A DNA stretch of 64,000 bases, taken from assembly GCA_025201805.1 (NCBI GenBank), contig MU619249.1:238368-302367 (forward strand), written 5' to 3'. The notes beneath the pieces are model-generated. The model was not told where the DNA came from, ran no database searches, and worked only from the letters and a program-made list of their open reading frames with translations. Source of the DNA: Parasitella parasitica NRRL 2501 (lineage: Eukaryota > Fungi > Mucoromycota). The translations under genes were made by a program, and so were the position numbers. Shown in pieces: positions 50,201 to 63,309 of this stretch. Every line of letters begins with the position of its first letter. Position 1 is the first letter of the stretch.

Positions 50201-50374
50201 GTAGACAAAAGCAATTTTTATTTCCTCTCTTAAAAGTTCCTTGCGCTTTCTTGTTTTATCTTGGTCCAAGGGCACTGCAGTCACCTCAGTCTACAAATAG
50301 ACGAGTGAACACTAAAACCCAGTTGGAAAAAAAAAGCTGCAAATTACCAGTTGCCTACAACATTTTAACTTAAC

Positions 50375-50863
50375 ATGTCTACTTCACAACTGTTGCCTTT
50401 GGGTAGAAAAATCGATAGCACATTATATATCTCTATACTAACGCTTATGCACTTAAATATAGAGCTTATCGACAAGTGCATTGGATCCAAGATTTGGGTC
50501 ATTATGAAGAACGAAAAAGAGTTTACTGGAAAGCTCTGTGGGTTTGATGATTATGTCAGTAAGTAAAAACCGACGATACGCGTGCATGATGTTGGGATGG
50601 CAACGTCTCTAAGGCTCTTGATAGACATGGTTTTGGAAGATGTGACCGAGTAGTAAGTTTACATCCAAGGTTTTCGCTAAACACGCATTTATATTAAATC
50701 CTTGACTAGCGAAAACACCAAGGACGGATACAAGATCCAAAAATTACCACAGCTGCTATTAAATGGAAACAACATTTGTACTGTAAGTAGACACTAAATT
50801 TTATTGTTTACGCTTTAGCTCATTTATCTATAGCTGATACCTGGTGGTGCTGGGCCTATTTAG
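50375..50863 (+). CDS. LSM5: U6 snRNA-associated Sm-like protein LSm5, 5 exons
   Basis: [62 protein letters not shown]. Confidence 0.95.
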
Positions 50864-51700
50864 TTTGTTTAAATCAGCAATACCAAATCAGAAATAAAAC
50901 TGTCTATCAACCAGAGCATATCGAGTATAATTTCGTATCGAGAGGGACGTAGGTAATATAATGCACACGGACACTATTTTATGGATCAGATATCGAGTAG
51001 ATTTTACCTGCAGTCGATGCATGTCTTTTGTGAATACAATATATTATATATATATGGATGGGTGCTTACGTAAATACAATAGCTGATATTTGGGGAGATT
51101 GACAATGGTAATCAGAAGAGCAGATAGCGTTTCATATACTGTATTACCAAGAGAAGGGGGAGGGTGGTTTGAGGATTGCCGTGAAATTTGTTGCTTATAA
51201 TAAGATTGAGATGGATATGTTTCTTTATGGTTTTTTCATAGCTCCAAGTTTACATAGTTCGGCCACTTTAAATACGAGAAACAACTGCATTATGCCCGTC
51301 TAGAAATATTCAATTTGTGTGAAGCGATATTATAATGTGTATGGCGTTTCCATCGTTTCTAGCTTTTCTCGGTATCGGCCAGCGGAATGAATCCGGTGCT
51401 CCCTGTGCAGTTGATATTGCTACAACAGGTGGATTAGCAGCATTAAGTTGCTCGGCAATTGTCAAAACTTGTCGGTAAGTTTGTGTTTTCTATATTAAAA
51501 ACTTCGGCCAAGTAATGCAATTTCATAAAAGCCGTTTATATATATATGATGCTATAAAATGATGCTATAGTAACCTTGTAGATTGCGGCCTCAGTATAAT
51601 TTAAGAAAATTGCATATCTTCATGTCCTCTCTTTCTCTCTTTCCGTATATACATCTCCCTTTTTATCCCTCATTAGAGCGTGCGATAATTTCCACAGATC

Positions 51701-54700
51701 ATGAAGGAAAAAAAAGAAAAGAAAAAATCAGAGACAGTGTCCATCTTTCGACTGTTTCAATTTGCCACCAAACGAGATTTACTGCTAATTTGTATAGCTG
51801 GTTTTTGCTCAAGCACAACCGGCGCTATCCAACCCATATCCATTCTATTCTTCGGCAACGTCTTGAAGAAACTGGGCGAGGCTATTGTCGACGGAAGTGA
51901 TCTAATGGAGGCCGCAATGCCAATTATCAAGCTGTATGTCTACCTAGGCACAGGGGTGATGGCAGCGGCCTACATCTCTAATTGCCTGTGGGTTTTGACT
52001 GGAGAAAACCAAGCGAGGCACATTCGTCAATTGTATGTGCACTCAATTCTACGCCAAGATATGAGTTGGTTTGATAAATCAGAAGAAGGCTCGCTTACCA
52101 CAAGATTGTCTGCAGACATTCAGCTGATCCAGGATGGCATATCAGAGAAATTTGGACAGTTTCTAATGTGTTTTGCTCAGTTTATTGCAGGATGCTCGGT
52201 AGCCTTTAGCAAGGGATGGCGTCTTTCTATTGTTATGATTGCAGTTACACCTGCTATAGCCTGTACAGGCGGAGTGATGGGCATTTTGGTAACGAAATAT
52301 ACTGTGGAAACCCAAGACGCCTATGCCGATGCCGGCTCTATCTCTGAGCAGGTCTTTGCTGGTATCCGCACGGTCTACTCATTTTCGCTCCAACGCCGTT
52401 TTGCCACACGATACGACGAGAAGCTGGAGAAAGCTATGAAGGCCGGTATTAAGCGTGGCATAATTCTCGGGACTGGTCTCGGCACATTCATGTTTTGCCT
52501 GTTTGCCATGTACGGCCTGTCGTTCTGGTATGGTTCAAGGCTTGTGCACGATCATATCATGGATGGCTCCACTGTTCTGGTCGTATTTCTATCCATGATG
52601 ATGGGCGAATTCTCCTTGTTGCAGCTGCCTACTAATTTAGCTGCTGTTTCCTCTGCTTCTGCTGCTGCTTTTAAAATTTTTGAAACGATCAAGCGTGTGC
52701 CTGACATCGATACAAGCTCTACAGGCGGTCTCCTTCCTAGCAAGGTGCATGGCGAATTGGAGTTCAAAAATGTCAAGTTTCGATACCCCACAAGGCCAGA
52801 TACCATCATTTTGAAAGAACTTAGTCTTCGAATCAAGCCTGGAATGACCGTGGCGTTTGTTGGACCGTCTGGCTCGGGCAAATCGACCAGTGTGCAGCTT
52901 TTGCAAAGATTCTACGACCCAATGTCTGGTTCTGTGAGCTTAGATGGCCATAACCTCAAGGACCTCAATGTCAAATGGCTCCGTCAACAGATCGGCGTAG
53001 TTAGCCAAGAACCAGTGCTGTTCAACGCAAGCATCCGCCAAAACCTCATGATGGGGAGCGCAAACGCCAACATTACCATGGAAGAAATTACAGCTGCTTG
53101 CAAAAAGGCCAATTGTCACAGCTTCATTAAGCAGTTGCCAAAGGGATATGACACTTTAGTAGGAGAGCATGGAGGTATGCTTTCAGGTGGGCAGAAGCAA
53201 AGAATTGCAATCGCTCGTGCCATTCTCAAAAACCCTGCAATTCTGCTTTTGGACGAGGTAAGCAGACAAGTTGAGCACTCTGTCGGCGCTGTAGACTAAT
53301 CCATAACGTTTAGGCAACTTCGGCATTAGACACGCAATCAGAAAGGCTTGTCCAAAAGGCTTTGGACGAAGCAGCAGCAGACCGTACTACAATTGTAGTT
53401 GCTCACCGTTTGTCTACTGTGCGCAATGCTGATTTGATTGTTGTCATGGAGCACGGCAACTTGATTGAACAAGGCACGCATAATGAACTGATTGCAAAGG
53501 GTGGTGTCTACTCTGAGCTGGTCAAAAAGCAGCAAATCCTGACTTCCACCGAAAAGAGCAACCGCAAGACAAAGCAGGAAGAAGCCGAGGAAGACGAGAT
53601 CCTGCTGCGCAATGAAGCCATCGAGGTCAACAGAAAGAGCTGCATTGAACTGAATCGAGCATCGAATCCCTCAACAATTGCAACTATCCCTGGTGCTCGC
53701 AAGAGCCGCTTCTCCGTGCTGGATGGGTTTGAAGAAAAGCTGCGTCGCGAGAAGAGGCAAAAGAAGAACAGCAAAAAGATGAAGGCACCAGTGTGGAAAG
53801 TATTCAAGCAGATGCGTCCCCAGTGGGGCTGGATTGCGTTGGGATCGGTTGGGGCGTGTGTTGCTGGCACGGTCTTTCCGTTGTATGCGCTTTTTTTTGC
53901 AAAGGTAATCACAATGCTGAATGAGAACGACGACAAGGACTACGGCCCATTGAAAGGGCCCAACATGTACTCGTTTCTGTTTGTTATATTGGGCCTGTTT
54001 GCATTCCTAGGGTTTGCGCTTCAAACTGTTTCTTTTGAAATCGCTGGCGCTAAATACACGAAAAAGCTGCGAAGCATGCTGTTTGTTGCCTTTATGAAGC
54101 AAGAAATTGGTTATTTTGATAAAGATGAGAACAATGTGGGCTCGTTGACATCGAAATTAGCAGTGGATGCCAAAAATGTCAATGAAATGATAACGCGTGC
54201 TTGGCCAGATGTTGTCCAGATTGCTTTTACCTCGGCCATAGGTAAAAGAAGTGAATATTACATGTCTTGCGAATCACTGACTCTTATTCTTATGCATCAT
54301 CCATAGGACTGACCATTGCTTTTATGCACAGCTGGAAACTGACGTTGATTATCATGTGTATGACACCCCTTATCGTCGGCGCTGCTGGCTGGAACTCCAA
54401 GGTTCAGGAAGGTTTTGAGGGCAGTACCAAGGAGGCCAATGAACAATCTGCAGAAGTCGCTAGTGAGGCCATCAAGGAAATTCGTACCGTTACAGCCCTC
54501 AACAAGCAATCCTACTTTGAAGAACGCTACTACAATGCCACCGAAAGGCCCCATCGTTTGGCACAGCGCAAGGCATATACATCGTCCATTGGGTTTGCTT
54601 TGCTGCAAGGCACATCTCTCTATACAAACGCAGTAGCGTTCTTCGCTGGCTCCAAGCTCATCACTCAAGGTAATCTTGAGCTCAGCGATATGGTGATTAC

Positions 54701-55625
54701 CATGATGTCAATCATGATCATGGCGGACGGCGTAGGAAGAAGCAGCATCTTTGTATCGACGTTTGCCAAAGCTAAAATTGCTGCCATTACAACCTTTGAG
54801 GTTCTTGATCGCCAACCAGCTATTGATGCTGAGCTGGAGGGCATTGAGCCAGAAGCAGAGGATGTTGACGGCGATATTGACTTTAGCAGCATTGGATTTC
54901 AATATCCTGCAAGGCCAGATATCTCTATCTTTGATGGTGAATTCAACTTGAAATGCAAACGCGGACAGACTATTGCGCTTGTTGGTCCTTCTGGCTGCGG
55001 CAAATCCACCACAATTGGCATGCTGCAGCGATGGTACGATCCTTTGAGCGGTACCGTGCGTCTGGACAATCACAATGTGAAATCGTTTACTCTCAAAAAT
55101 TTGAGGAGCCATATGGCTCTTGTCGGACAGGAGCCTGTACTATTTGATCTTTCCATTGAGGATAACATTCGCTTTGGTGTTGACGACTCGAAATCAGTGA
55201 CTCTAGAGCAGGTTCATGAAGCATGTAAAGCAGCAAACATCTACGATTTCATTACTAGCTTATCAGATGGGTTTGCCACCAAATGCGGTGATAAAGGCTC
55301 CCAGCTCTCTGGTGGCCAGAAGCAGAGAATTGCTATTGCCCGCGCCTTGATCCGCAAACCCAAGGTCTTGCTTTTGGATGAAGCGACTTCAGCCTTGGAC
55401 AGTGAGAGCGAGAAACTTGTGCAGGCGGCCTTGGATAACATCATTCAAGAAGGAGGACGGACAACCATCACAATTGCTCATCGCTTATCTACGATTACAA
55501 GCGCTGATCTTATTTGTGTTATCAAAGACGGTAGCGTGATTGAGCAAGGAAACCATTGGGACCTGTTGAAGCTCAATGGCGTCTATAAAAGCCTTGTCCA
55601 GCAGCAATCATTAAGCACATCGTAA
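51701..55625 (+). CDS. Full-length ABCB (MDR/P-glycoprotein) transporter, 3 exons
   Basis: TMD-NBD-TMD-NBD; Walker [10 protein letters not shown] and GPSGCGKST; [14 protein letters not shown] twice; [11 protein letters not shown]. Introns ~53258-53313 and 54242-54307. Confidence 0.96.
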
Positions 55626-55757
55626 AGTGCCCCAAGTTTCAAGAGTCTTTTAAATAACCGCCTTTACGAGTACTTTGAGGTTCTTTCTTTTTTTTTTTTT
55701 TTTTACATCTTTACATTACCCGTGTTCTGCATATTCCCTTCTTTAATAAATGTTATC

Positions 55758-57275
55758 ATGAGCCATCATCAGAATGCAGACTTCAATGAACCATACTCAT
55801 CTGTCTCTTTCCAATACAAGCAACCAACGTCGCCGTATCCGTACAGCAGCAGCAGCAACAACAACAGCAACAACAACAGTACTGATCCCACCAAGAGACC
55901 CATTTTCCCAAAGAAACAGCAAATTGCTCGTTGGCTTCGACTTCACCAAAAGGTCCTGTTATTATTGTTATCACTGCTTCTTTTTGCTCTGTACTGTATG
56001 AAGGGTGTCATCTCAAACTACATGACATTTTTTGCAATCAAGATGGACAACACAATGTACGATCGTGGATATGTGTCGTGTGGACTTCTTCGAAAGGAGC
56101 CTATGCTTTTCGTCCAGGATACAAATCATGTGCAAGTGGTCTGGGAAATGAATTGCGGGATGGCCAACAAAGAGATGATCTTAAAGTACTGGACAGATGA
56201 TATTAACGATATCAAGGTTATTGGGCCCGTGGAGCCCAAAATATTAGATCCGTTCCATACGGTTTACAAAACCACCATTGGACCCCTTTCCATCGGTCCT
56301 GTTCACTACTCTATTGAGCTCGTCAGACAAAATAGCAAGGTAAAGACTCTGGCTAGACACTCGTTCGATTGGTTTGCAAACAACAAGCAACTTCCCATCC
56401 GCATTGCTGCTCTGGCCGACAACCAGTTTGGCATGATGACCTTTTCATCCTTACTGCGTCAGATTCGAAAACTGCCTCAACAGAAAAAGCCACATTTCTT
56501 GCTTCATGCAGGCGATGCAGTGCAAAACTATCCATCGCTTCGACAGTGGCAAACAGACTTTGCGGCACCGCTAGCAATGCATGGACTCAGTCAGAAGACG
56601 CCGCTGATTTACGCTCATGGAAACCACGACTACGACTATGTTGGAGAATACACTTATACCCGCACCCAGGACCCAGAGAGTCCTTGGTTTTCCTTTTCTA
56701 TGGCTGATGGTGCCATACGGTTCCTTATTCTGGACAGCAATGTTGATTGGGATTTGCAGGACCAGTGGCTGAGACAAGAAATCGGATCAGACTTATTCAA
56801 GCAGGCCCAATTTCGTATTGTAGTAGTGCATGTACCTCCATTTTTAGAATACTGGGATCCGGAGGCTTGGTTTCAGTTACGACAGAGTGAATGGGGTGCG
56901 TTTGTTAAAGATCGCTATGTCCCTTTGTTTGAACAAGGAGGGGTAGATCTTGTCATTTCTGGCCATCAACATAATTATGAAAGAGGCGAGCGAAACGGAA
57001 TCCATTACGCCATTATCGGAGGAGCCGGTGGAGACATTGACTACGATCAAGTAAAGGATTGGGGCATGTATGAAGCAAAACTACTGGATTTCCATTTCGT
57101 TATGCTCGAGTTTAGACCTCCGACTCCACAAGATAAATCTGACTCCTGGACCTTGCAATGGGACACATTCAATGTAAATGGACACAAAGTGGATTCTGTA
57201 CTTATAGCTGGTCATTCTAAATATTTCCCACATGAGCAGCAATCTGGCGATGATTATAAAGCGATTATCAATTAG
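55758..57275 (+). CDS. Calcineurin-like metallophosphoesterase (purple acid phosphatase-like), type II membrane anchor, intronless
   Basis: N-terminal TM; motifs ALADNQ, HAGDAVQ, GNHD, VVHVP, SGHQHNYER and IIGGAGG. Confidence 0.88.
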   Translation: MSHHQNADFNEPYSSVSFQYKQPTSPYPYSSSSNNNSNNNSTDPTKRPIFPKKQQIARWLRLHQKVLLLLLSLLLFALYCMKGVISNYMTFFAIKMDNTMYDRGYVSCGLLRKEPMLFVQDTNHVQVVWEMNCGMANKEMILKYWTDDINDIKVIGPVEPKILDPFHTVYKTTIGPLSIGPVHYSIELVRQNSKVKTLARHSFDWFANNKQLPIRIAALADNQFGMMTFSSLLRQIRKLPQQKKPHFLLHAGDAVQNYPSLRQWQTDFAAPLAMHGLSQKTPLIYAHGNHDYDYVGEYTYTRTQDPESPWFSFSMADGAIRFLILDSNVDWDLQDQWLRQEIGSDLFKQAQFRIVVVHVPPFLEYWDPEAWFQLRQSEWGAFVKDRYVPLFEQGGVDLVISGHQHNYERGERNGIHYAIIGGAGGDIDYDQVKDWGMYEAKLLDFHFVMLEFRPPTPQDKSDSWTLQWDTFNVNGHKVDSVLIAGHSKYFPHEQQSGDDYKAIIN

Positions 57276-57733
57276 ATAAACCCAATATTACATATACATA
57301 GATGAAATAAAATATACCTTCTGATATTTATTATTATTTTTTGAATCCTGCCTAAACGCGACTCGACCTGATTGATTTAGCAACGTAGAAAGGATTATAA
57401 TTGTATATTAATCCTGGGACAATCAAAGATTATAATAACAGTGCAGCGCTTGACACAAAAATGGAATTTGGCATGCTATGCGATTCCTGTTTGATCTACA
57501 CATTATGAATACAACAATGAAAAAAAATATTCGAGCATGAATTTTGATTGATAATGGAACGTAAGGAGGGTCCTCATTTAAAAATTGCTCTTTATTCTAA
57601 AAGTCATGACTATATTATAACAATCAAAGCTTTCGCAAGATTCTAAAAAGGTTTTTGAAGAAATGGTATAAGTAGAGAACCGATTTCTTTCTCCAAAAAA
57701 GAAAAAAACCATTATATATATTTTTCCTTTGAT

Positions 57734-59470
57734 ATGAAATTATTCACAATCTCATCTGGCATTATTACTGTTACCATCGCTTCATTAGGCATTGTTAGTG
57801 CAGCTAATAATGTTAAATACTCAGTTGTTGCATTCCCTGGAGAGGACGATATTGTTGCTGTCACTATTGACAATCAAAACTATCCGCTTAAAGCTGGAAA
57901 TTTAAGCTCTAATCTCTTTACAGGTGTTGCTCCTTATGCCCAGGAGTACCATTATACCTATTTGACATCCAATGGCTTCGTATCTGAAGATGTTGTCCGT
58001 CATTTGCCTGATTCCGCTACGACCACCTTCAATGAATTTTTCAACAGATCAAAAACTGTGTATGATATACCTCCTCTTCCAAAAGCTTACGACGATATTT
58101 ATCCTGGTAATTAATACTTTGTTACTATAAATCAACTTATAAGACTAACATTCTTCCAAAAAGCTCTTCACAGCGGCATGAATAATTCTAATTCTATCTC
58201 TACAATTATCATCAATGTCGATATGAAGGCGGTCAAGAAAATTTTGGCAAAGCCTGAAGATGATCACAAGTTTGCTCAAGTTTACAACATGAGTTATATT
58301 AGTCATGATGCTGTTTACAACTTTCAAGGTGCTGGCATCAAGAACAGTGGTCAATCTTCCAAGGAATATGCCAAGCAATCCTTCAAGATCAAATTTAACA
58401 AGTTTTACAATGGGACCGAAGATGCACTCTTTGGTCGCCGTGGATTCAAATTGCGTGCTGGAGCCGATGAACCGACTATGCTGAGAGAGAAGCTCATGCA
58501 AGACTCTCTTGCTGCTGCTGGTGTTGCTACTCTTAGTGGTAACTGGGTCCGTTTATTTGTGAACAATGAAGCTTTTGGATTATACTTAATGATCGATGAG
58601 ACTTCCAAGGGCTTTACTGAGAACTTGATCAACGGCGGTGTTGTCACCAAGGCTACTGGCGCTACATACAAGGGCAACGCCTTAGGAGACAATAAGAATG
58701 AGGCTAATCTTGTCTACAAAGGAAAAAAGGCATCTAACTACAACTTTGATGATGTTTACTTTTTGGCAGACAAGGGAAGGGATAAGAGTGTTACAGAGGA
58801 TAAGTTTGCTGCTCCTCTTATCAATTTCATGGAAAGACTAAACAAGACAGTAATGGCCACAGATGCTCAGAATCTGGGTAATATTACGGATTTGATGGAT
58901 TCCGCAAACCACACCATGATCCATACAGCCATGAGCTTTCTTTCTGGTTCTTGGGATGGTTTCTGGCTCCAAGGCAGTAACTTTTACTTGAATGAAAACT
59001 TGGAGACCAAGAAATGGTACCTCATCACTTATGATTTCGACGATAGCTTAGGTAACAACTTTGGATACGAAGATCCCAAGCTGCTGACTATTCCCTATCA
59101 AAACTATACTCGCGCTGGATCGTATCGCCCTCTTGTTGATATGTTCATCAAGTCGCCTTATTATCAGCCTCAATTTGAAGATATCTTGAAGCATCTCATC
59201 AAGACCTTCTTTAATTACCGTGTCATCAAGGGTCGTCTTGATGCTTGGACTGAAATGTTGAAAGAAGATGTTGCATGGGATTTCTCGCTTCCTTTTCACT
59301 CACCCGGTATGCGCAGTAACTTTACCATCGACGATTTCACTACAAATATGCACACTACTATTGGTAATAGAACTGGTATTCTTGAATGGATCTCTAATCG
59401 CACTGAAGCTGTTTCTCAACAACTTGACTTTAAAATCAACGATGGTGTGCCAAAGACTTTACCTGCTTAA
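57734..59470 (+). CDS. cotH: CotH family protein, signal peptide, no GPI-like tail, 2 exons
   Basis: VKYSVVAFP; NEFFNRS; SGQSSKEYAKQSFKIKF; LRAGADEPTMLREKL; GSWDGFWLQGSNFYL; TYDFDD. Intron ~58107-58163. Confidence 0.93.
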
Positions 59471-60486
59471 GAACTTGTATATCATACTCCCCTTGCCATT
59501 AATCAGCTACATACTCATGTAAATATATCTGTTCTTATTTTCTCTCGTCTATTGTACATTCAAATAAAAGTTTTCTTTTGTCTATTAAATCGGTAACAAT
59601 ACTTGCATCATTATAGGATTGCTACGTATTTGTGTTAAAAGTATATAAAGGGTATAAGCTGTCGAATTAATATATAGCGTTTATGGTCTACACAGAACGG
59701 GGACATGCTTGAGTTTATGATTTAGGGATGTGGCAAGTCAGACGATCCATAACTCAAGTACTTTGACTCAAATACGGATTGAAAATAGAGTTTGATTTAA
59801 TTGCCAACTATCTTCATACAAGCTACTGTGTTGTTGACGCTTGTTTTATGAATTCATTGTATTTTTCCATACGTTATCAAGCGAGGAAAAGGTAAGGATT
59901 TTGATTGCGTGTGATCTAGTTTAACCAAAGTTGAAACGGTCTTTGGGGCCTTTCACGGCATCGTAGCTATCGACTCGTATCCAAGATATTTCCATGTTAC
60001 TTGTTGAGATTATGTCTTTGATTATTTAGGGATTCAAAATAACGTAGTTATATAATTTCTACGAGTTGAGAGAAGTGGTGCGAGGGTAAGGCTGCAATGA
60101 TGAGCTACAGGTGATACAGTAGATTGTACCTATCGCAATGTTATGTCATACTTAAATTCATTGTATCAAATTCTCGCATTATAGAGAGCAATGAACAGAA
60201 TACAAAAGGTTGATAATGGCACTTGATTTAAATAATGAGTTTACAATGAGTCGTTTAGACGATGAGAATTATCCAAAAAATTATTGTCATCAAGAGGTTA
60301 CACACAAAACGATAAAAATAAAAGGTTCATTATGTAGTGCATTGTTAGCCTTTTTAAGTATCATTTACCATTCGAATCGAAAAGAGTATTAAACGATCAT
60401 ATGGTTTTCAAGAAGTGAACATGAATTTGTATAAATAAAGACAACTTAATTATCTCAAAAAAATGTTTTAGTATACTACTTATTAC

Positions 60487-62224
60487 ATGAAATTCTTGAC
60501 AATCTCATCTAGCCTTTTTGCTCTGTCAATAGCTTCGATAAACTTTGTCACTGCAGCTGATGTTACATACTCAGTTGTCGCATTCCCTGAAGAAAGCACT
60601 ATTGTTGCTGTCACTATTGACAATCAAAACTATCCGCTTAAAGCTGGAAATTTAAGCTCTAATCTCTTTACAGGTGTTGCTCCTTATGCCCAGGAGTACC
60701 ATTATACCTATTTGACATCCAATGGCTTCGTATCTGAAGATGTTGTTCGTCATTTGCCTGATTCCGCTACGACCACCTTCAATGAATTTTTCAACAGATC
60801 AAAAACTGTGTATGATATACCACCTCTTCCAAAAGCCTATGACGATATTTACCCCAGTAAGTGGTTGTTACTCTAAATTTTTTATCGAAACTAACATCCC
60901 ATCAAAAGCTCTTCACAGCGGCATGAACAATTCTAATTCTATTTCTACAATCATCCTCAACGTCGATATAGAATCAGTTAACAAAATCTTGGAAAAACCC
61001 GAAGATGATCACAAGTTTGCTCAAGTTTACAACATGAGTTATATTAGTCATGATGCTGTTTACAACTTTCAAGGTGCTGGCATCAAGAACAGTGGTCAAT
61101 CTTCCAAGGAATATGCCAAGCAATCCTTCAAGATCAAATTTAACAAGTTTTACAATGGGACCGAAGATGCACTCTTTGGTCGCCGTGGATTCAAATTGAG
61201 GGCTCAAGCTGATGAACCTACTATGATGAGAGAGAAGCTCATGCAAGACTCTCTTGCTGCTGCTGGTGTTGCTACTCTTAGTGGTAACTGGGTCCGTTTA
61301 TTTGTGAACAATGAAGCTTTTGGATTATATTTAATGATCGATGAGACTTTCAACGGCTTTACCGAAAATATGATCAACGGCGGTGTTTTCAGTAACGCTA
61401 CTGGTGCTACATACAAGGGCAATTCTCTGGGACATAACCATGGAGAGGCTGATTTTGTCTATAATGGAACTGAAAAGTCGTCTTACAATTTTGAAGAAAT
61501 TTATTCTTTAGTGGATGAGGGAAGGGATAAAAGTGTGACAAAGGATAACTTCACTGCCCCTCTTATTGATTTTATGGAAAGACTAAACAAGACAGTAATG
61601 GCCACAGATGCTCAGAATCTGGGTAATATTACGGATTTGATGGATTCCGCAAACCACACCATGATCCATACAGCCATGAGCTTTCTTTCAGGTTCTTTTG
61701 ATGGTTACTGGTTTAGAGGAAGCAATTTTTATTTGAATGAGAACTTGGAAACCAAGAAATGGTTTTTGATTACTTATGATTTTGATGATTGCTTGGGTAA
61801 CTTCTTTGGAGAGCTTAGAAAACCTTGGCTAATGACCACGCCTTATCAAAACTATACGCTCCCTGGAGTCAAGCGTCCACTAATCGATATTTTTATCAAA
61901 TCGCCGCACTATGAGCCTCTGTTTCAAGATATTTTGAAACGTCTTGTCAAGAGCTTCTTCAATCATCGCGTTATGAAAGCTCGCATTGATGCTTGGGCTG
62001 AAATGTTGAGAGAAGATGTTATATGGGATTATGCTCTTCCTCGCCACTCACCTGGTACAGCAAAACACTGGGGCGTTACAACATTTTATAATAACATGAA
62101 TACTACTGTTGCTTCAAGATACGGTATTCTTGAGTGGATCGCTAATCGCACTGAATCTATCGCACAGCAGCTTGATTTTAAGATTGACGATGATGTTTCG
62201 TCTACAACTTTACCATCAGCCTGA
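60487..62224 (+). CDS. cotH: CotH family protein, tandem paralog of 57734-59470, no GPI-like tail, 2 exons
   Basis: ADVTYSVVAFP and the same CotH motifs. Intron ~60857-60908 at the same position as in the paralog. Confidence 0.93.
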
Positions 62225-62359
62225 CAAATTTGGACGCTTCCTCAACGTTATATGGTATTATAATGTAAAAAATAAATAAATGTACAGTCAAGCCTATGAA
62301 ATTTGGCATACCTTCTACATCTAATTTGTCCCTCTCACACCCGAATAAAATATAACATA

Positions 62360-62935
62360 ATGATGAATACTTCTTTTTTATGAAAGCATTTTTAATGAAG
62401 AAAAAAAATTTTACGACCGCAACATGGTTCTTGAAACAATAAGTAGTCGATAAAATTACTTGGGCGTCAAGCGCCCCGAAGAAATCCCTGAAGAGTCCTC
62501 AGTTAAAAATCAATAAGCTGAGGCCATCAATGAAGTTATACAACAATTACAGCAATTTCATCAGAGAAACATTTATAGATCGTATCCTCGAAAATTTTCA
62601 AGAGCGTGGGCAAGAGACTTAAATATTAATTACACCAATGCGCTAAGAAGATAAAAGTATTACGAAGGGACAGAAGAAGTTGCGTATAAAAAGTCTGAAC
62701 AAAACAGTGGTGCGAAAAGCTCATTTACAACCGAGCATAACGAGTATATAAAAGAGCTACTTGATAATAACCCCCAGTTATATTCAGACAATATAATAAA
62801 TAGTTTGACTGAACGATATGAAGATTTAGCTATATCAAAGTCGCAACTTAATAGCCATTTACGAAACACAATGCTCATCACTAAAGAAATCAATGTTTGG
62901 ACCTGAAGTCCGAAACTCAGCGGGAAACATACATT
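62360..62935 (+). mobile_element. Degenerate Tc1/IS630-like transposase remnant (N-terminal HTH region), Mucorales type
   Basis: Fragments YNNYSNFIRETFIDRILEN..ERG and YEGTEEVAYKKSEQNSGAKSSFTTEHNEYIKELLDNNPQLYSDNIINSLTERYEDLAISKSQLNSHLRNTMLIT..FGPEVRNS, with frameshifts. Confidence 0.7.
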
Positions 62936-62989
62936 TTAGATAAGTCTACAGAACTGCATAAGTATATGTACTAAAATATGGTTAAGTTA

Positions 62990-63092
62990 CAAAACCATCA
63001 AAGTGTCAAAGTATCAAGCATCAAGTATCAGTATCAAAATTATCAAACTATCGAACTATCGAACTACAAAACTATCAAACTGCAAAACTAAT
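62990..63092. repeat. Degenerate 7-8 bp minisatellite (aactatca/aagtatca)
   Basis: aaagtatcaagcatcaagtatcagtatcaaaattatcaaactatcgaactatcgaactacaaaactatcaaac. Confidence 0.7.
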
Positions 63093-63309
63093 AAGGCTCT
63101 TAGTTGTACGTCTCCGTCAAATTATGCATTTACACAATGGCAGTGTATATCAGAATCTAAGTTTAAACCAATCATTTCATTCTGTTTTTTTTTAACTGTA
63201 TATCTTTTCAAAAATCGTAACGTTCTTAGGCAAATGGCAGCCTTTATTTTATAACTTCGCATTTATATATTATGTTACATCTGTTGAGTTAATTCAGCAT
63301 AAGAATATA

